From positions 1 through 64,000 of the IMG/VR virus record IMGVR_UViG_3300046694_000296: DNA of 64,000 nt. The stretch is one strand, 5' to 3'. Below the pieces are notes generated by a model that made no database searches, was not told the DNA's origin, and saw nothing but the letters and a program-made list of their open reading frames with translations. Made by a program: the position numbers and the translations under genes. Position 1 is the first letter of the stretch. Each line of letters begins with the position of its first letter. Of the stretch, positions 1 through 9,854 are shown piece after piece.

Positions 1-1
1 C

Positions 2-760
2 ACCCTGCCGGACGCAGAGTTCTACGACGTGAACGACGAGCTGGATGAATCGGCTGGCACGTTCACCGAGGTCGTGGCGAAGCTGCGCATCCTCGCTGGT
101 GACGTGGACGTCGACAAGTTCCTGCAGGAAACCGAGTCCGACACGAACGATCAGCGCGCAACGCAGATCGGTCTGAAGGCGAAGGCGGTTGCCCGCAAGT
201 TCAAGCGCACGATCGCCCAAGGCGACGCGACGGCCAACGCGAAGGAGTTCGACGGTCTGCCGAAGATGGTGTCGGCCGCTCAGACGCTCGACGCAGGCGG
301 TGCTGCAAACGGCGCGGCGCTCACGCTATCGATGCTCGATGAGCTCGGCGATGCGGTCATCAACGGCGCGGACGCATACGTGATGCGCCCGGGCACGATC
401 CGCGCATACCGCTCGTTGCTGTATGCAACCGGCGGCATCCAGCCGGCGATGGTCGAAGTGCCGAACTTCGGTCAGGCGATCCTCGGCCACAACGGTATCC
501 CGATTCTGCGTAACGACTTCCTGTCGAACGCGGAAACGAAGGGCACCAACACGAACACCTGTTCGGTGTATGCAGTGCGCCTGAACGAACTGGATGGCTT
601 TCACGGCCTCTGGGGCGGCAAGCAAGCGGGTATCCGCGTCGAGGACATCGGCACGGTGCAGAACAAGGACGCAGACCGCATCCGCGTGAAGTGGTATTGC
701 GGTTCGGCGCTGAAGAGCACCCGCTCGCTGGCGCGTCTGCGCGGCGTGACGAACGTCTAA
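2..760 (+). CDS. Major capsid protein (HK97-fold), 5'-truncated by window edge
   Basis: Frame open from base 2; EFDGL motif and C-terminal 'RIRVKWYCGSALKSTRSLARLRGV' typical of phage capsids; followed by a terminator and neck genes. Confidence 0.85.
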   Translation, partial: TLPDAEFYDVNDELDESAGTFTEVVAKLRILAGDVDVDKFLQETESDTNDQRATQIGLKAKAVARKFKRTIAQGDATANAKEFDGLPKMVSAAQTLDAGGAANGAALTLSMLDELGDAVINGADAYVMRPGTIRAYRSLLYATGGIQPAMVEVPNFGQAILGHNGIPILRNDFLSNAETKGTNTNTCSVYAVRLNELDGFHGLWGGKQAGIRVEDIGTVQNKDADRIRVKWYCGSALKSTRSLARLRGVTNV

Positions 761-773
761 ACTTCGTCTGCGA

Positions 774-797
774 AGGTAAGTCACCCGTGACTTACCT
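774..797. promoter_or_regulatory. Perfect copy of the dispersed palindromic box (AGGTAAGTCAC-CC-GTGACTTACCT)
   Basis: 11-bp perfect inverted arms with 2-bp spacer; TAAAAT at 802-807. Confidence 0.75.
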
Positions 798-807
798 AGC
801 GTAAAAT

Positions 808-838
808 AAAGGGCGTGGGCTTCGGCTCATGCCCTTTT
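808..838 (+). terminator. Rho-independent terminator after capsid gene
   Basis: AAAGGGCGTGGGC-TTCG-GCTCATGCCCTTTT hairpin with UUCG loop. Confidence 0.7.
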
Positions 839-856
839 GCACATCAGGAGTCACAT

Positions 857-1330
857 ATGAAGATCAAGATGGTCCAGCCGGGCTACGAGCAGTTCACGGG
901 CAACTTTGGCGGCGTCGAGTTCGTCGATGGCGTCTCGGTGGTCGATGTCGCGCCGATGATCGCGACGCGCATCGCCAACGTCGTGCGGGTCGAGAACGCC
1001 GAAAATGGCGTGAACCCGTCGGCCTCGCAAACGGCGCTCGACAGCTACTCGACGCCGATGGCGTTGCGCCCGCAAGATGTCCCGGCCGCCAAGCCCCAGA
1101 AATACACCGAAGCCGAGCTCGAAGTGATCGCCAGCAAGGAAGGCATCAAGGGCGTGCGCAAGATCGGCGATACGTTCGGCGTGAAGGCGACCGGCATCGC
1201 CGAGCTGATCGCGCTCATCCTGCGCGCGCAGGCGCCGGACGAGAAGGCCGACTTCCTGGGCGAAGTGCCCTCGGACGTCGTGAAGGCAGAAGAGCCGGTC
1301 GTCGAAACGCCGGCCCCAGCCGCGGAGTAA
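857..1330 (+). CDS. Phage head-associated hypothetical protein
   Basis: AGGAG RBS before ATG 857; position right after capsid gene. Confidence 0.7.
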   Translation: MKIKMVQPGYEQFTGNFGGVEFVDGVSVVDVAPMIATRIANVVRVENAENGVNPSASQTALDSYSTPMALRPQDVPAAKPQKYTEAELEVIASKEGIKGVRKIGDTFGVKATGIAELIALILRAQAPDEKADFLGEVPSDVVKAEEPVVETPAPAAE

Positions 1331-1333
1331 GAC

Positions 1334-2122
1334 ATGGAACGGTATCTCGCCGCAGCGGACGTGAGCGTGACGATCGCGCTCGTGGATAGTGCGGGCAACG
1401 CGTTCACGCCGTCCTCGGCGAGCTACCGCGTGCTCGATGAAGAGGGCACGGCGCTGCTCGAAGCGGCGCCCGTGCCTTACCTGGACCCGAACGGCGGCCC
1501 GCTCGGGATTCTGATTGGCGCCGATCTGAACGTGCTGCCAGCGGGCGCCGTGCGCGCGCTGCGCGTGGTGGAGGTCATTGCGAAGACCGACGCCGGCACG
1601 CGTCTGGTCACCCAGAGCTACATGATCGAGGCGAGCGAGCCGCTCGTTGTCGGCGTCAACTCGTTTCAGACCATCACGAAGGCCGAATTCGTCGCGATGG
1701 ACATTCCGAACCTGCCGGGCTGGACGGCCGCCGACCGGGCCGCGCGCGCCGCCGCGCTGATCCAGGCCCGTGAGAACCTCGGCCAGCTGCGCTACCGTTA
1801 CCGGTTCGACGACAACTGGATGAACTACGTGATGCCGGAGTTCGCGCTCTACTCGATCACGACACTCACGCCCGAGGAATACCTGGGGCTGCCCGCGCCG
1901 TTTCGCCGCAACCTCGAACGCGCACAGGTAATCGAGGCCGACGACCTGCTTAACGCCGACCCGGTGCTGGAGAAGCGGCGCGCGGGCATCGTCTCCGAGA
2001 CGGTGGGCGACTCGACCACCTCCTTTAACCCCGTGCGACCCAACCGCGGCCTCGTGTGCCCGCGCGCCATGCAGGAGATGACGCGCTACGTGCTGCGCCG
2101 CACCCGCCTGAGCCGAGTATGA
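1334..2122 (+). CDS. Head-tail adaptor/connector-like protein
   Basis: 'NSFQTITKAE..W...AALIQA' and 'GIVSETVGDSTTSF' resemble adaptor families; synteny. Confidence 0.6.
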   Translation: MERYLAAADVSVTIALVDSAGNAFTPSSASYRVLDEEGTALLEAAPVPYLDPNGGPLGILIGADLNVLPAGAVRALRVVEVIAKTDAGTRLVTQSYMIEASEPLVVGVNSFQTITKAEFVAMDIPNLPGWTAADRAARAAALIQARENLGQLRYRYRFDDNWMNYVMPEFALYSITTLTPEEYLGLPAPFRRNLERAQVIEADDLLNADPVLEKRRAGIVSETVGDSTTSFNPVRPNRGLVCPRAMQEMTRYVLRRTRLSRV

Positions 2123-2880
2123 AAAACGTCATCATCGACACGATGGGCGAGTTCGCCGCATCGCAGATCATCGGATACCAGAGCGCGCTCGCGGGCCTGG
2201 TCACCGAGGCCATGAACCCGAACCCGCAGCCGCGGCGCGTGCTGCTCGCGACCATCCAGCGCATGCAGGCGACTACGCTCACGGCGCTCGCCGCGGTGTT
2301 CGACACAGCCGTCACCGATGTCGCGCACAGCGCGGTCGTGAACGCCTACCCCGACACGCCCGATCACGTCGCGGCACAGGTCGCGACCGACGCGCGCGCC
2401 ACGCGCGACGCCGCGCTTGGCACCGTCTCGCAGGCGCTCGCCCGGGATGCAGAGGTCGCGCACGGTCGGATTCGTGACTTTCATCTGAAGGTTGAGATGC
2501 TGCTCGCCGCGGGCGGACGTGGCTACAGCTCGGCGGTGATTGCCGCGGGCATCAGCGAGCGCACGCGCGGCATCACCTTCGGGCAGACCGACACGCTGGG
2601 GCGCCGCTGGAAGAGCTCGCAATTCGTCTCCGCGACGCTCAAGGGCGCCTTGCAGGGCATCTACGCAGACGCGTTCGTGCGCGCCGCCGCAGCGCACGGG
2701 GCAAGCTCGGTCGCGCTGCAGTATGCGGACCCCGAGCACGAGGGTCACGGGCAGATCATCCCGTTTGCCGAGAGCGACGACGCGCCCGGGTATCTGTCCC
2801 TGCGCAACGAGCTTTTTCATCCGAACTCGCGCGCGACGCTCGCGCGGGTGGAAGGGGGCGGCGATGTTCCGGGGCAATAA
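2119..2880 (+). CDS. Minor capsid/head morphogenesis-like protein
   Basis: ATGA overlap; 'DTLGRRW' and 'FHPNSR' motifs resemble minor capsid protein families. Confidence 0.5.
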   Translation: MKNVIIDTMGEFAASQIIGYQSALAGLVTEAMNPNPQPRRVLLATIQRMQATTLTALAAVFDTAVTDVAHSAVVNAYPDTPDHVAAQVATDARATRDAALGTVSQALARDAEVAHGRIRDFHLKVEMLLAAGGRGYSSAVIAAGISERTRGITFGQTDTLGRRWKSSQFVSATLKGALQGIYADAFVRAAAAHGASSVALQYADPEHEGHGQIIPFAESDDAPGYLSLRNELFHPNSRATLARVEGGGDVPGQ

Positions 2881-3205
2881 AAACTGCCAGATCGCGCTGG
2901 CCGGCGAGCGCAACCTCTACGGCGAGGAGACGCCCGGCACGAGCAAGACCGAGCGCTGCGCGGTTGTGGAACTCGTCCAGAAGGTGTCGGTGACCAACCA
3001 GCGCTCGCAGATGGCGGGCTCGATGGCGCACGCCGAGGATCTCGGGGTCACCGCCAAGATCAAGCTGGAGCCTGGCACGACGGCCGTGCTCGGCGCGCAA
3101 CTCACGGTCGATGGGGTGGCGCTGCGCATCGTCTCGATCACGCCGAAGAACACCACCTTCGGGCGCCTGGACCACTACGACGTGGAGTGCGCGCCGTGGG
3201 CCTAG
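2864..3205 (+). CDS. Head closure/stopper-like protein
   Basis: About 113 aa, beta-rich, neck-gene synteny. Confidence 0.55.
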   Translation: MFRGNKNCQIALAGERNLYGEETPGTSKTERCAVVELVQKVSVTNQRSQMAGSMAHAEDLGVTAKIKLEPGTTAVLGAQLTVDGVALRIVSITPKNTTFGRLDHYDVECAPWA

Positions 3206-3654
3206 TCAAAAGCAACTTCAACCCGGAGCTGCTGGCGGTGAAGCTGAACCGCACGGGTGACACTGCCGCGCGCAAGATTCTCGCGGTCATGCGCGAGGAG
3301 GGCGACCGTATCGTCGAAGAGGCGCGCGCGAACGCGCCGGTCGATGACGGCGAGCTCGAGGAGGCCATCGAAGCGGTCGAGAACCGCAGCGGCGCCAACG
3401 GCCGCGTGGTGGTCACCGTGCAGGTCGATCCGAGCGCCGTCGATAGCAAAGGCACGCCCGTCATGCAATACGCGCGGGTGATGCACGAAGCACTCGCGCC
3501 CTACGGCACGGGCGCATTCAGCCTCGGGCCCGCCTCGCGCGCGAAGGATGGCGGCGGCGGGCGCGTCGGGGGCAAGTTCATGGAGCGCGCGATGCGTTCG
3601 CGCATTGGCGAGATGGGCAAGAGAGTCAAGCAGATCGTGAAGGAGTCGGCGTAA
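3196..3654 (+). CDS. HK97 gp10-like tail completion protein
   Basis: 'ARANAPVDDGELEEAI', 'YARVMHE', 'KFMERA' motifs; GGAG RBS before GTG 3196. Confidence 0.75.
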   Translation: MGLVKSNFNPELLAVKLNRTGDTAARKILAVMREEGDRIVEEARANAPVDDGELEEAIEAVENRSGANGRVVVTVQVDPSAVDSKGTPVMQYARVMHEALAPYGTGAFSLGPASRAKDGGGGRVGGKFMERAMRSRIGEMGKRVKQIVKESA

Positions 3655-4040
3655 TGCACCTGGAACCGATTGCGGCGTTGCTCGAGCAGGAAGGCATCGG
3701 CACGCGCGCGAAGACGATTTTCATCAACACGATGCGCCTCGAGGACACGGGCATCCTCCTCAAGCCCGACTACCGGGGCACGGCGATCGACCCGGAGCTG
3801 CCGGGCTACTTCAAGGGCAGCTTTGCGCTCGTCGTGCGCGCGAAGAGCTACTCGGCGGGCGCGGCGCTTATCAAGCGGGCGATGGACGCGCTCTGGATCG
3901 AGGGCGAGACGACGCTCGCAGACGGCATGCTGGTCAAGTGGTGCCGCGCACGCACGCTGCCGATCAACTACCCGGTGCCGGCCTCGGGCGTCACCGAGTT
4001 CGTGGCTAACATTGACTGTTGCTATGTCGAGCCTGTATAG
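3654..4040 (+). CDS. Tail terminator-like protein
   Basis: 128 aa immediately before tail tube gene. Confidence 0.6.
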   Translation: MHLEPIAALLEQEGIGTRAKTIFINTMRLEDTGILLKPDYRGTAIDPELPGYFKGSFALVVRAKSYSAGAALIKRAMDALWIEGETTLADGMLVKWCRARTLPINYPVPASGVTEFVANIDCCYVEPV

Positions 4041-4093
4041 TTAAGCTACGAGTTACTTACCGTAGCTTGGTCCTCTTTGCAAAGGAGTTTTGA

Positions 4094-4609
4094 GTGGCAA
4101 GCGATACAAAGAACGTAAAGATGGGCGTCTGCCTGGTCTATTACAAGGGCGTGGATCTGGGCTACACCCAGGGCGGCGTCCAAGTGACCGTGACCACGGA
4201 AACGCACAAGACGAACGTGGACCAGTTCGGCAAGACCACCGTCAACGAGCAGATCATGAGCCGTGACGTGTCGGTGAAGGTGCCCTTGGCGGAAACCACG
4301 CTGGAAAACCTCGTCACGACCATGCCGGGCGCGACGATCAGTGGCACGGGCTCGGACAAGAAGGCGATCGTCACGACCGGCGTGGGCGTGTCCCTGCTCG
4401 ATCTGGCGGGCGAACTGCGTCTGCACCCGAAGGGCATCCCGGCCGACGACTACAGCGAGGACTTCGTGATCCCGCTGGCGGCGACCTCGGGCGGCCTGAA
4501 CTTCGCCTACGAAGTCGAAAAGGAACGCATCTTCGACGTGACCTTCCAGGGCTACCCGGACCCGGCCACCGAAGAGCTGTTCCAGATCGGCGGCGCGCCG
4601 ACGCCGTAA
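4094..4609 (+). CDS. Major tail tube protein
   Basis: 'DLGYTQGGVQVTV...DQFG' siphovirus tube motif; AAGGAG RBS. Confidence 0.8.
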   Translation: MASDTKNVKMGVCLVYYKGVDLGYTQGGVQVTVTTETHKTNVDQFGKTTVNEQIMSRDVSVKVPLAETTLENLVTTMPGATISGTGSDKKAIVTTGVGVSLLDLAGELRLHPKGIPADDYSEDFVIPLAATSGGLNFAYEVEKERIFDVTFQGYPDPATEELFQIGGAPTP

Positions 4610-4633
4610 GAAAAAGTTACGCGTTACTGACCA

Positions 4634-4654
4634 AGGCCGGCGAAACGCCGGCCT
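4634..4654 (+). terminator. GC hairpin after tail tube gene (possible terminator/processing site)
   Basis: AGGCCGGC-GAAAC-GCCGGCCT; weak U-tract. Confidence 0.45.
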
Positions 4655-4674
4655 GCCTACATCGGATACCCATC

Positions 4675-5016
4675 ATGAGCAACGTGAAAGTCCTGAATCT
4701 CGACACTCTGCCGACCAGCGCGCCGCAGCGCGTGGTGACCATCGGCGGCGTCGAATACCCGGTGAAAGAGATGGACGTCGAGGGCTTCATCGAGACGAAC
4801 CTCGCCGCCGACCGCCTGAAGGATCAAACCGACCCGAAGGTGCAGATCGAGGAAATGATCGCTTCGATCAAGCGCGCGGTGGAGATCCCCGACGCGGTGC
4901 TGAAAAAGCTTTCGCTGGAAAAGCTCGGCGTGCTGGTCGCCTTCCTGCGCGGTCTGTTCGACCCCGACAAGAAGGACGTCGAGGGCGCCGAAGGCGGAGA
5001 AGCTGAAAAAAACTGA
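4675..5016 (+). CDS. Tail assembly chaperone (lambda gpG-like)
   Basis: Between tube and tape measure; ends at slippery A AAA AAC. Confidence 0.8.
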   Translation: MSNVKVLNLDTLPTSAPQRVVTIGGVEYPVKEMDVEGFIETNLAADRLKDQTDPKVQIEEMIASIKRAVEIPDAVLKKLSLEKLGVLVAFLRGLFDPDKKDVEGAEGGEAEKN

Positions 5017-5072
5017 CGCCGCCGGGTGAGGAGAAAGAGCAGGAGCTCGACTTTAGTCTGCTCTTCACCCGG
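5007..5072 (+). other. Programmed -1 ribosomal frameshift signal (slippery heptamer plus stem-loop)
   Basis: A AAA AAC at 5007-5013; -1 frame open into ORF 5091-5357; downstream CCGGGTG/CACCCGG and AAGAGCAG/CTGCTCTT pairings. Confidence 0.85.
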
Positions 5073-5357
5073 GTTCAGCGGCATTACCGCATGACGTATT
5101 GGGAAGTGATGAGACTTCCCATTCGCGCTTTCTGGACCCTGAACCGCAACATCAACCGGCTGCTCGCGGAAGAAGACCTCCGCGCCCTGATGCTGCACAC
5201 GGCCCGCCAAAGCCGAGAGGGCGCGCAGGGCCATGAAACCAAGCTCCGAGCCGAGCTCTATCAGACGGAAGAGAAGCGATTCGATCCGCTGAACGAGGAA
5301 AGAGACGAAACGGGCTTCGCGGAGCTTAAGGCGATGGTGGCCCGTCCGACAAAGTGA
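5013..5357 (+). CDS. Frameshift extension of tail chaperone (gpT-like part of gpGT)
   Basis: No stop from 5013 to 5357 in the -1 frame; 'MTYWEVMRLP' gpT-like motif. Confidence 0.8.
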   Translation: MTPPGEEKEQELDFSLLFTRVQRHYRMTYWEVMRLPIRAFWTLNRNINRLLAEEDLRALMLHTARQSREGAQGHETKLRAELYQTEEKRFDPLNEERDETGFAELKAMVARPTK

Positions 5358-5369
5358 CACAGGACGAAG

Positions 5370-8300
5370 ATGGCAAGCAACCTCGAAAACATTGGCTACA
5401 ACCTGATTCTTGACGACTCGGGTTTTCGCGTCACGGCTCAATCGACCGCCGCCCAGCTGAAGGCGCTCGAAGCGCAGTTCGCGACCACGGGCCAGGGCGT
5501 GAAGGCCATCGAGGCGAAGATCAACTCGGCCGGGGTTGCTTTCCATCAGTGGGTCACCACCATCGGCGCGGTCAAGTTCGCGCTGATGGACATCGATAGC
5601 GTGTTCCTCTCGCTGCCGCGCTCGATCATGGACACCGCGGGCGAGCTGGAGAAGCTCACCACCGTCCTCAAGGGCCTCTCAACTGCTGCGACCGACGCCG
5701 GCCGTAACGCCGACGCCGCGCTCGGCAAGCAGTTCATCCTGAACCTCGAACAGAACGCGCCGTTCAAGCTCGGTGCGCTCACGGACGCGTTCGTCAAATT
5801 CAAGACGGTCGGTATCGACCCCACGAAGGGGTCGCTGGAAGCGCTCGTCAATCAGGTTGCCAAATACGGCGGCGGGTCCGAGCAGCTGAAGAGTGCGTCG
5901 CTCGCGATTCAGCAGATGGCGGGCAAGGGCACCGTCTCGCTGCAAGAGCTGCGCCTGCAGCTGTCGCAGGCGATTCCGAATGCCGCACAGGCAATGGCGA
6001 CCGGCATGGGCATGTCGATGGCCGCGCTCACCAAGGCGATCAGCACGGGCTCCGTGCAGTCGGCGGGCGCCATCAACAAGATGCTCGCGGTGTTTCAGAA
6101 CGACTCGATGGGGGCGGCCGCGCAGCAGATGCGCACCTGGCAGGGCGAAATCGAAAAGCTGAACGTGCGCTGGGAGCTTTTCAAGAACGACGTCGCCGAA
6201 GCTGGCATGTTCGACGCCGCGAAGGCCGAGCTCGAAGAGCTCATGAAGCTCTTCGGCACGCCGCAGGCAAAAGCGTGGGCGACCGACCTGTCCGCTTCGT
6301 TCACGACCCTCATCGGCCTCTTTCACAGTGGCCGGGAGGCGCTCACTGAATACCTTCCGCAGTTGGTGACGCTCGGCAAGGTGCTGCTCGCAGTGTTCGG
6401 CACGAACATGGTCGGGAACTTCCTGGCCGGCATGCGCAATGCGCTCGTGGGCATGAACGCATCGTGGCGCGAATACGCCGCCAACGCGATCATCGCTCAG
6501 GATGCGGTCGCGGCCAAGCAGCTGACGGTCACCGAGCAGATCCTCGCCGCTGACGCGCAGCGCCGCGCGAGCATCGCGCAGGAAAGCGAAATCCGGCAGG
6601 AAGCGCTCGCCAAAGAGATCGGCGACAACCAGAAGCTCATTGCGGCCAACGCCGAGCGCTATGCCGCCGCCGACGCCGCGCGTCACGAGGAGTATGCGAA
6701 GGAAGTCGCCAACAATGAGGCGGTTCTCGCGCAGAAGATTGCGCTCTTCGAGGAGCTGCAGGCGCGCGAAGTCGCCGCCACGCAGTTCGTTGTCGCCGAG
6801 CAATACAAGCGCGCCCAGATGGGCATGGCGAGCAACGCTGCGACCGCCGCCGAATACGCCGCGCAAGACGCCTATACCGCCAAGCTGGAACAGCGCCTCG
6901 CCTCGATGCGCGCGGAGATCGCGCTGCTCGAGCAGGAGACGGTCGCCATCCTCACGCGCAACAATGCGCTCAAGCAGGCGATCGCGCTCGAGACGGAAGC
7001 GATCGTGGCGACCAACGGGCTGACCGCGGCCACCAGCGCTGAAAACGCCGCGCTGGTTGCGAAAAACGCCGCGCTTGCGACTGCAATCACCGCCGAGCAG
7101 GCGGCCGTCGCCAATATGGCCGAGATGACGCGCGGCGCGGCGATGCTCGAGTCCGGCATCATGAAGCTCAAGTTTGCCTTCAACGCGATGGGCGGCTGGA
7201 TCACGGTCGTATCGGCCGCGATCATTGCCGGCATTGCGCTGTGGGAAAAGTATCGCGACACCGCCGCGCAGGCCGCGCGCGCCGCCGTCTCGGCTGCGAC
7301 GCTCAACAAGGCGATGCAGCAAAACAAGGTCACGCAGGGCCAGATCGACGACGCGGACTCGGGCATCAAGAACAAGAAGGCCGAGATCGGCAACATCGAC
7401 ACGCAAATCTCGATGCGCAAGTCGGGGCTGGACGAGCAAGGCAACTGGGTCGGCCGGGTGGGAGACGACGACCCCGAGATCAAGGCGCTGAAAGCCAAGC
7501 GCCAGGCATTGCAGGGCGAGGTGAACAGCCTCTCGGACGTGCGCAAGCAGGCGCAGAGCTCGCTCGACAAGGCGAATTCGGTGCTGGAGAGCCACGCTTA
7601 CGCGCAAGGGCTCCAGGAAAAGTCCGACGAGGAGCTGCGCACGCTGTCGGCTGCGCGTGCGAAGCGCATCGCCGACATTCAAGACGATTTCAAGGATCGC
7701 CTGAAGACGGTCAAGGTCGGCTCCGACCAGGAGAAGGCGATCCTGCAGCAGCAGGCCGACCAGTTGAAGGCGGTCGAGGTGGACATCACCGCGCAGCGCG
7801 TGGCAACGCTCACGCAACGCCGCGACGCGATCAACGATCAGATCAAGAAGGGCTTCGTCGGCAAGGATGCGCAGGCCCAGATGGCTGCGGCCGCGACCGA
7901 GCAAAAGCGCCTGAACGACGAGATTTCGCAGGCGCAGTCGAGCATCGACGCGCTCAACGCGCCCAACCAGATCGGCACGAAGGGTAAGAAGACCGGCAGC
8001 GCGAAGCCGCCGACGGACCTCTTTGCCAAGAAGAACGCCGACATCAGGTCGCAGCTCGAGCAGGCGAAGGCGCAGCTCGCCCAGATCGTCTCGGGCGCCT
8101 CCGAATACGACCAGATCCGCACGCAGGCTGAAGCGAAGATCCGCGCGCTCTGGGAAAACGGCGAACTCGACACGAAGGGTCACGGTAAGGATGCGAAGAA
8201 CACCCGGCCGGACTTCAACGGCTCCAAGGTGCAAGGGCTCATCGACGACGAGACGATGCTCCAAATCACGGAGAACGCCAAGCAGCAGATGGAGTCGCTC

Positions 8301-9854
8301 AAGGGCAAGCTTGCGCCGCTCGCCGAGCAGTATCAGGAAAGCATCACCAAGCTGATGAACGGCGACGTCACGACGCCCGACTCGGACTCGAACAACGGAC
8401 GCGGCGCAATCAAGTTCCTCGAAAAGCTCGCCACCAAGTCGACCGAAGCGGCCAAGGAGATCGCGCCGATCGTCGACTACATGAAGCGGGTCCAGCTCGC
8501 GGCCGACCAAATCGACCTCGTGAACTTCACGCGCGACATCGTGAAGAAGGACCAGGAGACGCAGGCGGCGCTCATCGAGAACGCGCGGGACCGCCTCAAC
8601 GCGCAGATCGCGCTTGAGAACGACGCGTGGGAGAAGGCGGCCAAGGCGCGGCTCGACAAGGTGAAGGCCGACGGCAAAGACCCTTCGCAGGAAGAGGGGC
8701 TGATCGCCGCCGCGCGTGTCACGCGCGACCTGGACAACATGAGGAAGCTGCGCACGCCGATGCAGCAGCTTGCGATCGACTGGCAGGACACGACCGAACA
8801 GATGCGCAAGAAGACGACCTCGTGGTCCGAGTCCACGATCGACGCCTTCGTGAACGTCGCCAAGACCGGCAAGCTCAACTTCGGCAACCTGCTCGAAACC
8901 ATCGGCACCGACATTCTGCGCATTGGCCTGCAGAAGTCGATGGGCGGCGGCCTGCAGCAGCTTTTCGACGGCCTCACCAATAAGGTGACGGGCGCGTTCG
9001 GGGGCAACGGCAAGAGCGATGCGGCGTCTGCCGCCGGCGAGGGTGTCGCGGGCGCGCTGCCGGCGTTTATTAAGGGTCCGCTCGAAAAGGTGGGTGACCT
9101 CTTCACGTCGCTCTTTGGCTCGGGTGAGAAATACAGCACGACGCTCGAAGACAACGTGAAGAACCTGATCGTCGGCCAGACGACTCAGACGAGCACGCAG
9201 AACTCTCTGGTCACGCTCGGCCAGGCGGCGCAATACGTCGCGGCCGCGCTCGCCTCGATCCAGGCGACCTCGGGCGGTGGCGGCGGTGGTATCGGCGGGG
9301 CGCTCGGCTCGATCGCGGGCGCGCTCGCGTCCGCCTACTTCGGCGGCTCGGCCACGGCCACCGACGGCATGCTCGCGCAGACCGCCTCGATGCAGTCCTC
9401 GAGCACACTCATGGGCGTGCAGGGCGGCACCAACACGCTCGGCAACTGGAACTACACCGGCGGCCAGATGAGCAACCAGTATGCATTCGCGGACGGCGGG
9501 ATCATGACCCAGCTGGGACCGCTCGCGCTGCGCAAGTATGCCAACGGCGGCATCGCCAACAGCCCGCAGGTCGCGGTCTATGGCGAAGGCAGCATGAACG
9601 AGGCGTTCGTGCCGCTGCCCGATGGCCGCAGCATTCCCGTGACGATTACCGGCGGCCAACAGCAGCAGAGCGGCGCGGCCGCAGGCGCCGGCGGCGTGAC
9701 GGTCAACGTCATCAACCAGACCGGCCAGTCGGTGTCGGCGCAGCAGCAGGGCCAGCCCCGCTTTGACGGCAAGTCGATGATCCTCGACGTCGTGCTGACC
9801 GCCGCCAGCCAGCCGGGCTCCTTCCGCGACGGACTCAAAGGCGCACTTCGATGA
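5370..9854 (+). CDS. Tape measure protein
   Basis: 1494 aa, Ala-rich helical; N-terminal tape-measure domain; lambda H-like C-terminus (FADGG..GEGS.NEAFVPL). Confidence 0.92.
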   Translation: MASNLENIGYNLILDDSGFRVTAQSTAAQLKALEAQFATTGQGVKAIEAKINSAGVAFHQWVTTIGAVKFALMDIDSVFLSLPRSIMDTAGELEKLTTVLKGLSTAATDAGRNADAALGKQFILNLEQNAPFKLGALTDAFVKFKTVGIDPTKGSLEALVNQVAKYGGGSEQLKSASLAIQQMAGKGTVSLQELRLQLSQAIPNAAQAMATGMGMSMAALTKAISTGSVQSAGAINKMLAVFQNDSMGAAAQQMRTWQGEIEKLNVRWELFKNDVAEAGMFDAAKAELEELMKLFGTPQAKAWATDLSASFTTLIGLFHSGREALTEYLPQLVTLGKVLLAVFGTNMVGNFLAGMRNALVGMNASWREYAANAIIAQDAVAAKQLTVTEQILAADAQRRASIAQESEIRQEALAKEIGDNQKLIAANAERYAAADAARHEEYAKEVANNEAVLAQKIALFEELQAREVAATQFVVAEQYKRAQMGMASNAATAAEYAAQDAYTAKLEQRLASMRAEIALLEQETVAILTRNNALKQAIALETEAIVATNGLTAATSAENAALVAKNAALATAITAEQAAVANMAEMTRGAAMLESGIMKLKFAFNAMGGWITVVSAAIIAGIALWEKYRDTAAQAARAAVSAATLNKAMQQNKVTQGQIDDADSGIKNKKAEIGNIDTQISMRKSGLDEQGNWVGRVGDDDPEIKALKAKRQALQGEVNSLSDVRKQAQSSLDKANSVLESHAYAQGLQEKSDEELRTLSAARAKRIADIQDDFKDRLKTVKVGSDQEKAILQQQADQLKAVEVDITAQRVATLTQRRDAINDQIKKGFVGKDAQAQMAAAATEQKRLNDEISQAQSSIDALNAPNQIGTKGKKTGSAKPPTDLFAKKNADIRSQLEQAKAQLAQIVSGASEYDQIRTQAEAKIRALWENGELDTKGHGKDAKNTRPDFNGSKVQGLIDDETMLQITENAKQQMESLKGKLAPLAEQYQESITKLMNGDVTTPDSDSNNGRGAIKFLEKLATKSTEAAKEIAPIVDYMKRVQLAADQIDLVNFTRDIVKKDQETQAALIENARDRLNAQIALENDAWEKAAKARLDKVKADGKDPSQEEGLIAAARVTRDLDNMRKLRTPMQQLAIDWQDTTEQMRKKTTSWSESTIDAFVNVAKTGKLNFGNLLETIGTDILRIGLQKSMGGGLQQLFDGLTNKVTGAFGGNGKSDAASAAGEGVAGALPAFIKGPLEKVGDLFTSLFGSGEKYSTTLEDNVKNLIVGQTTQTSTQNSLVTLGQAAQYVAAALASIQATSGGGGGGIGGALGSIAGALASAYFGGSATATDGMLAQTASMQSSSTLMGVQGGTNTLGNWNYTGGQMSNQYAFADGGIMTQLGPLALRKYANGGIANSPQVAVYGEGSMNEAFVPLPDGRSIPVTITGGQQQQSGAAAGAGGVTVNVINQTGQSVSAQQQGQPRFDGKSMILDVVLTAASQPGSFRDGLKGALR

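Noticed and set aside
774-797. Palindrome as protelomerase site, terminator or parS
   Set aside because: Too short and multi-copy for a telomere site; the 2-nt spacer and degenerate copies argue against an RNA hairpin; the promoter-linked positions and a separate repeat cluster upstream of parA argue against parS, though this is not formally excluded
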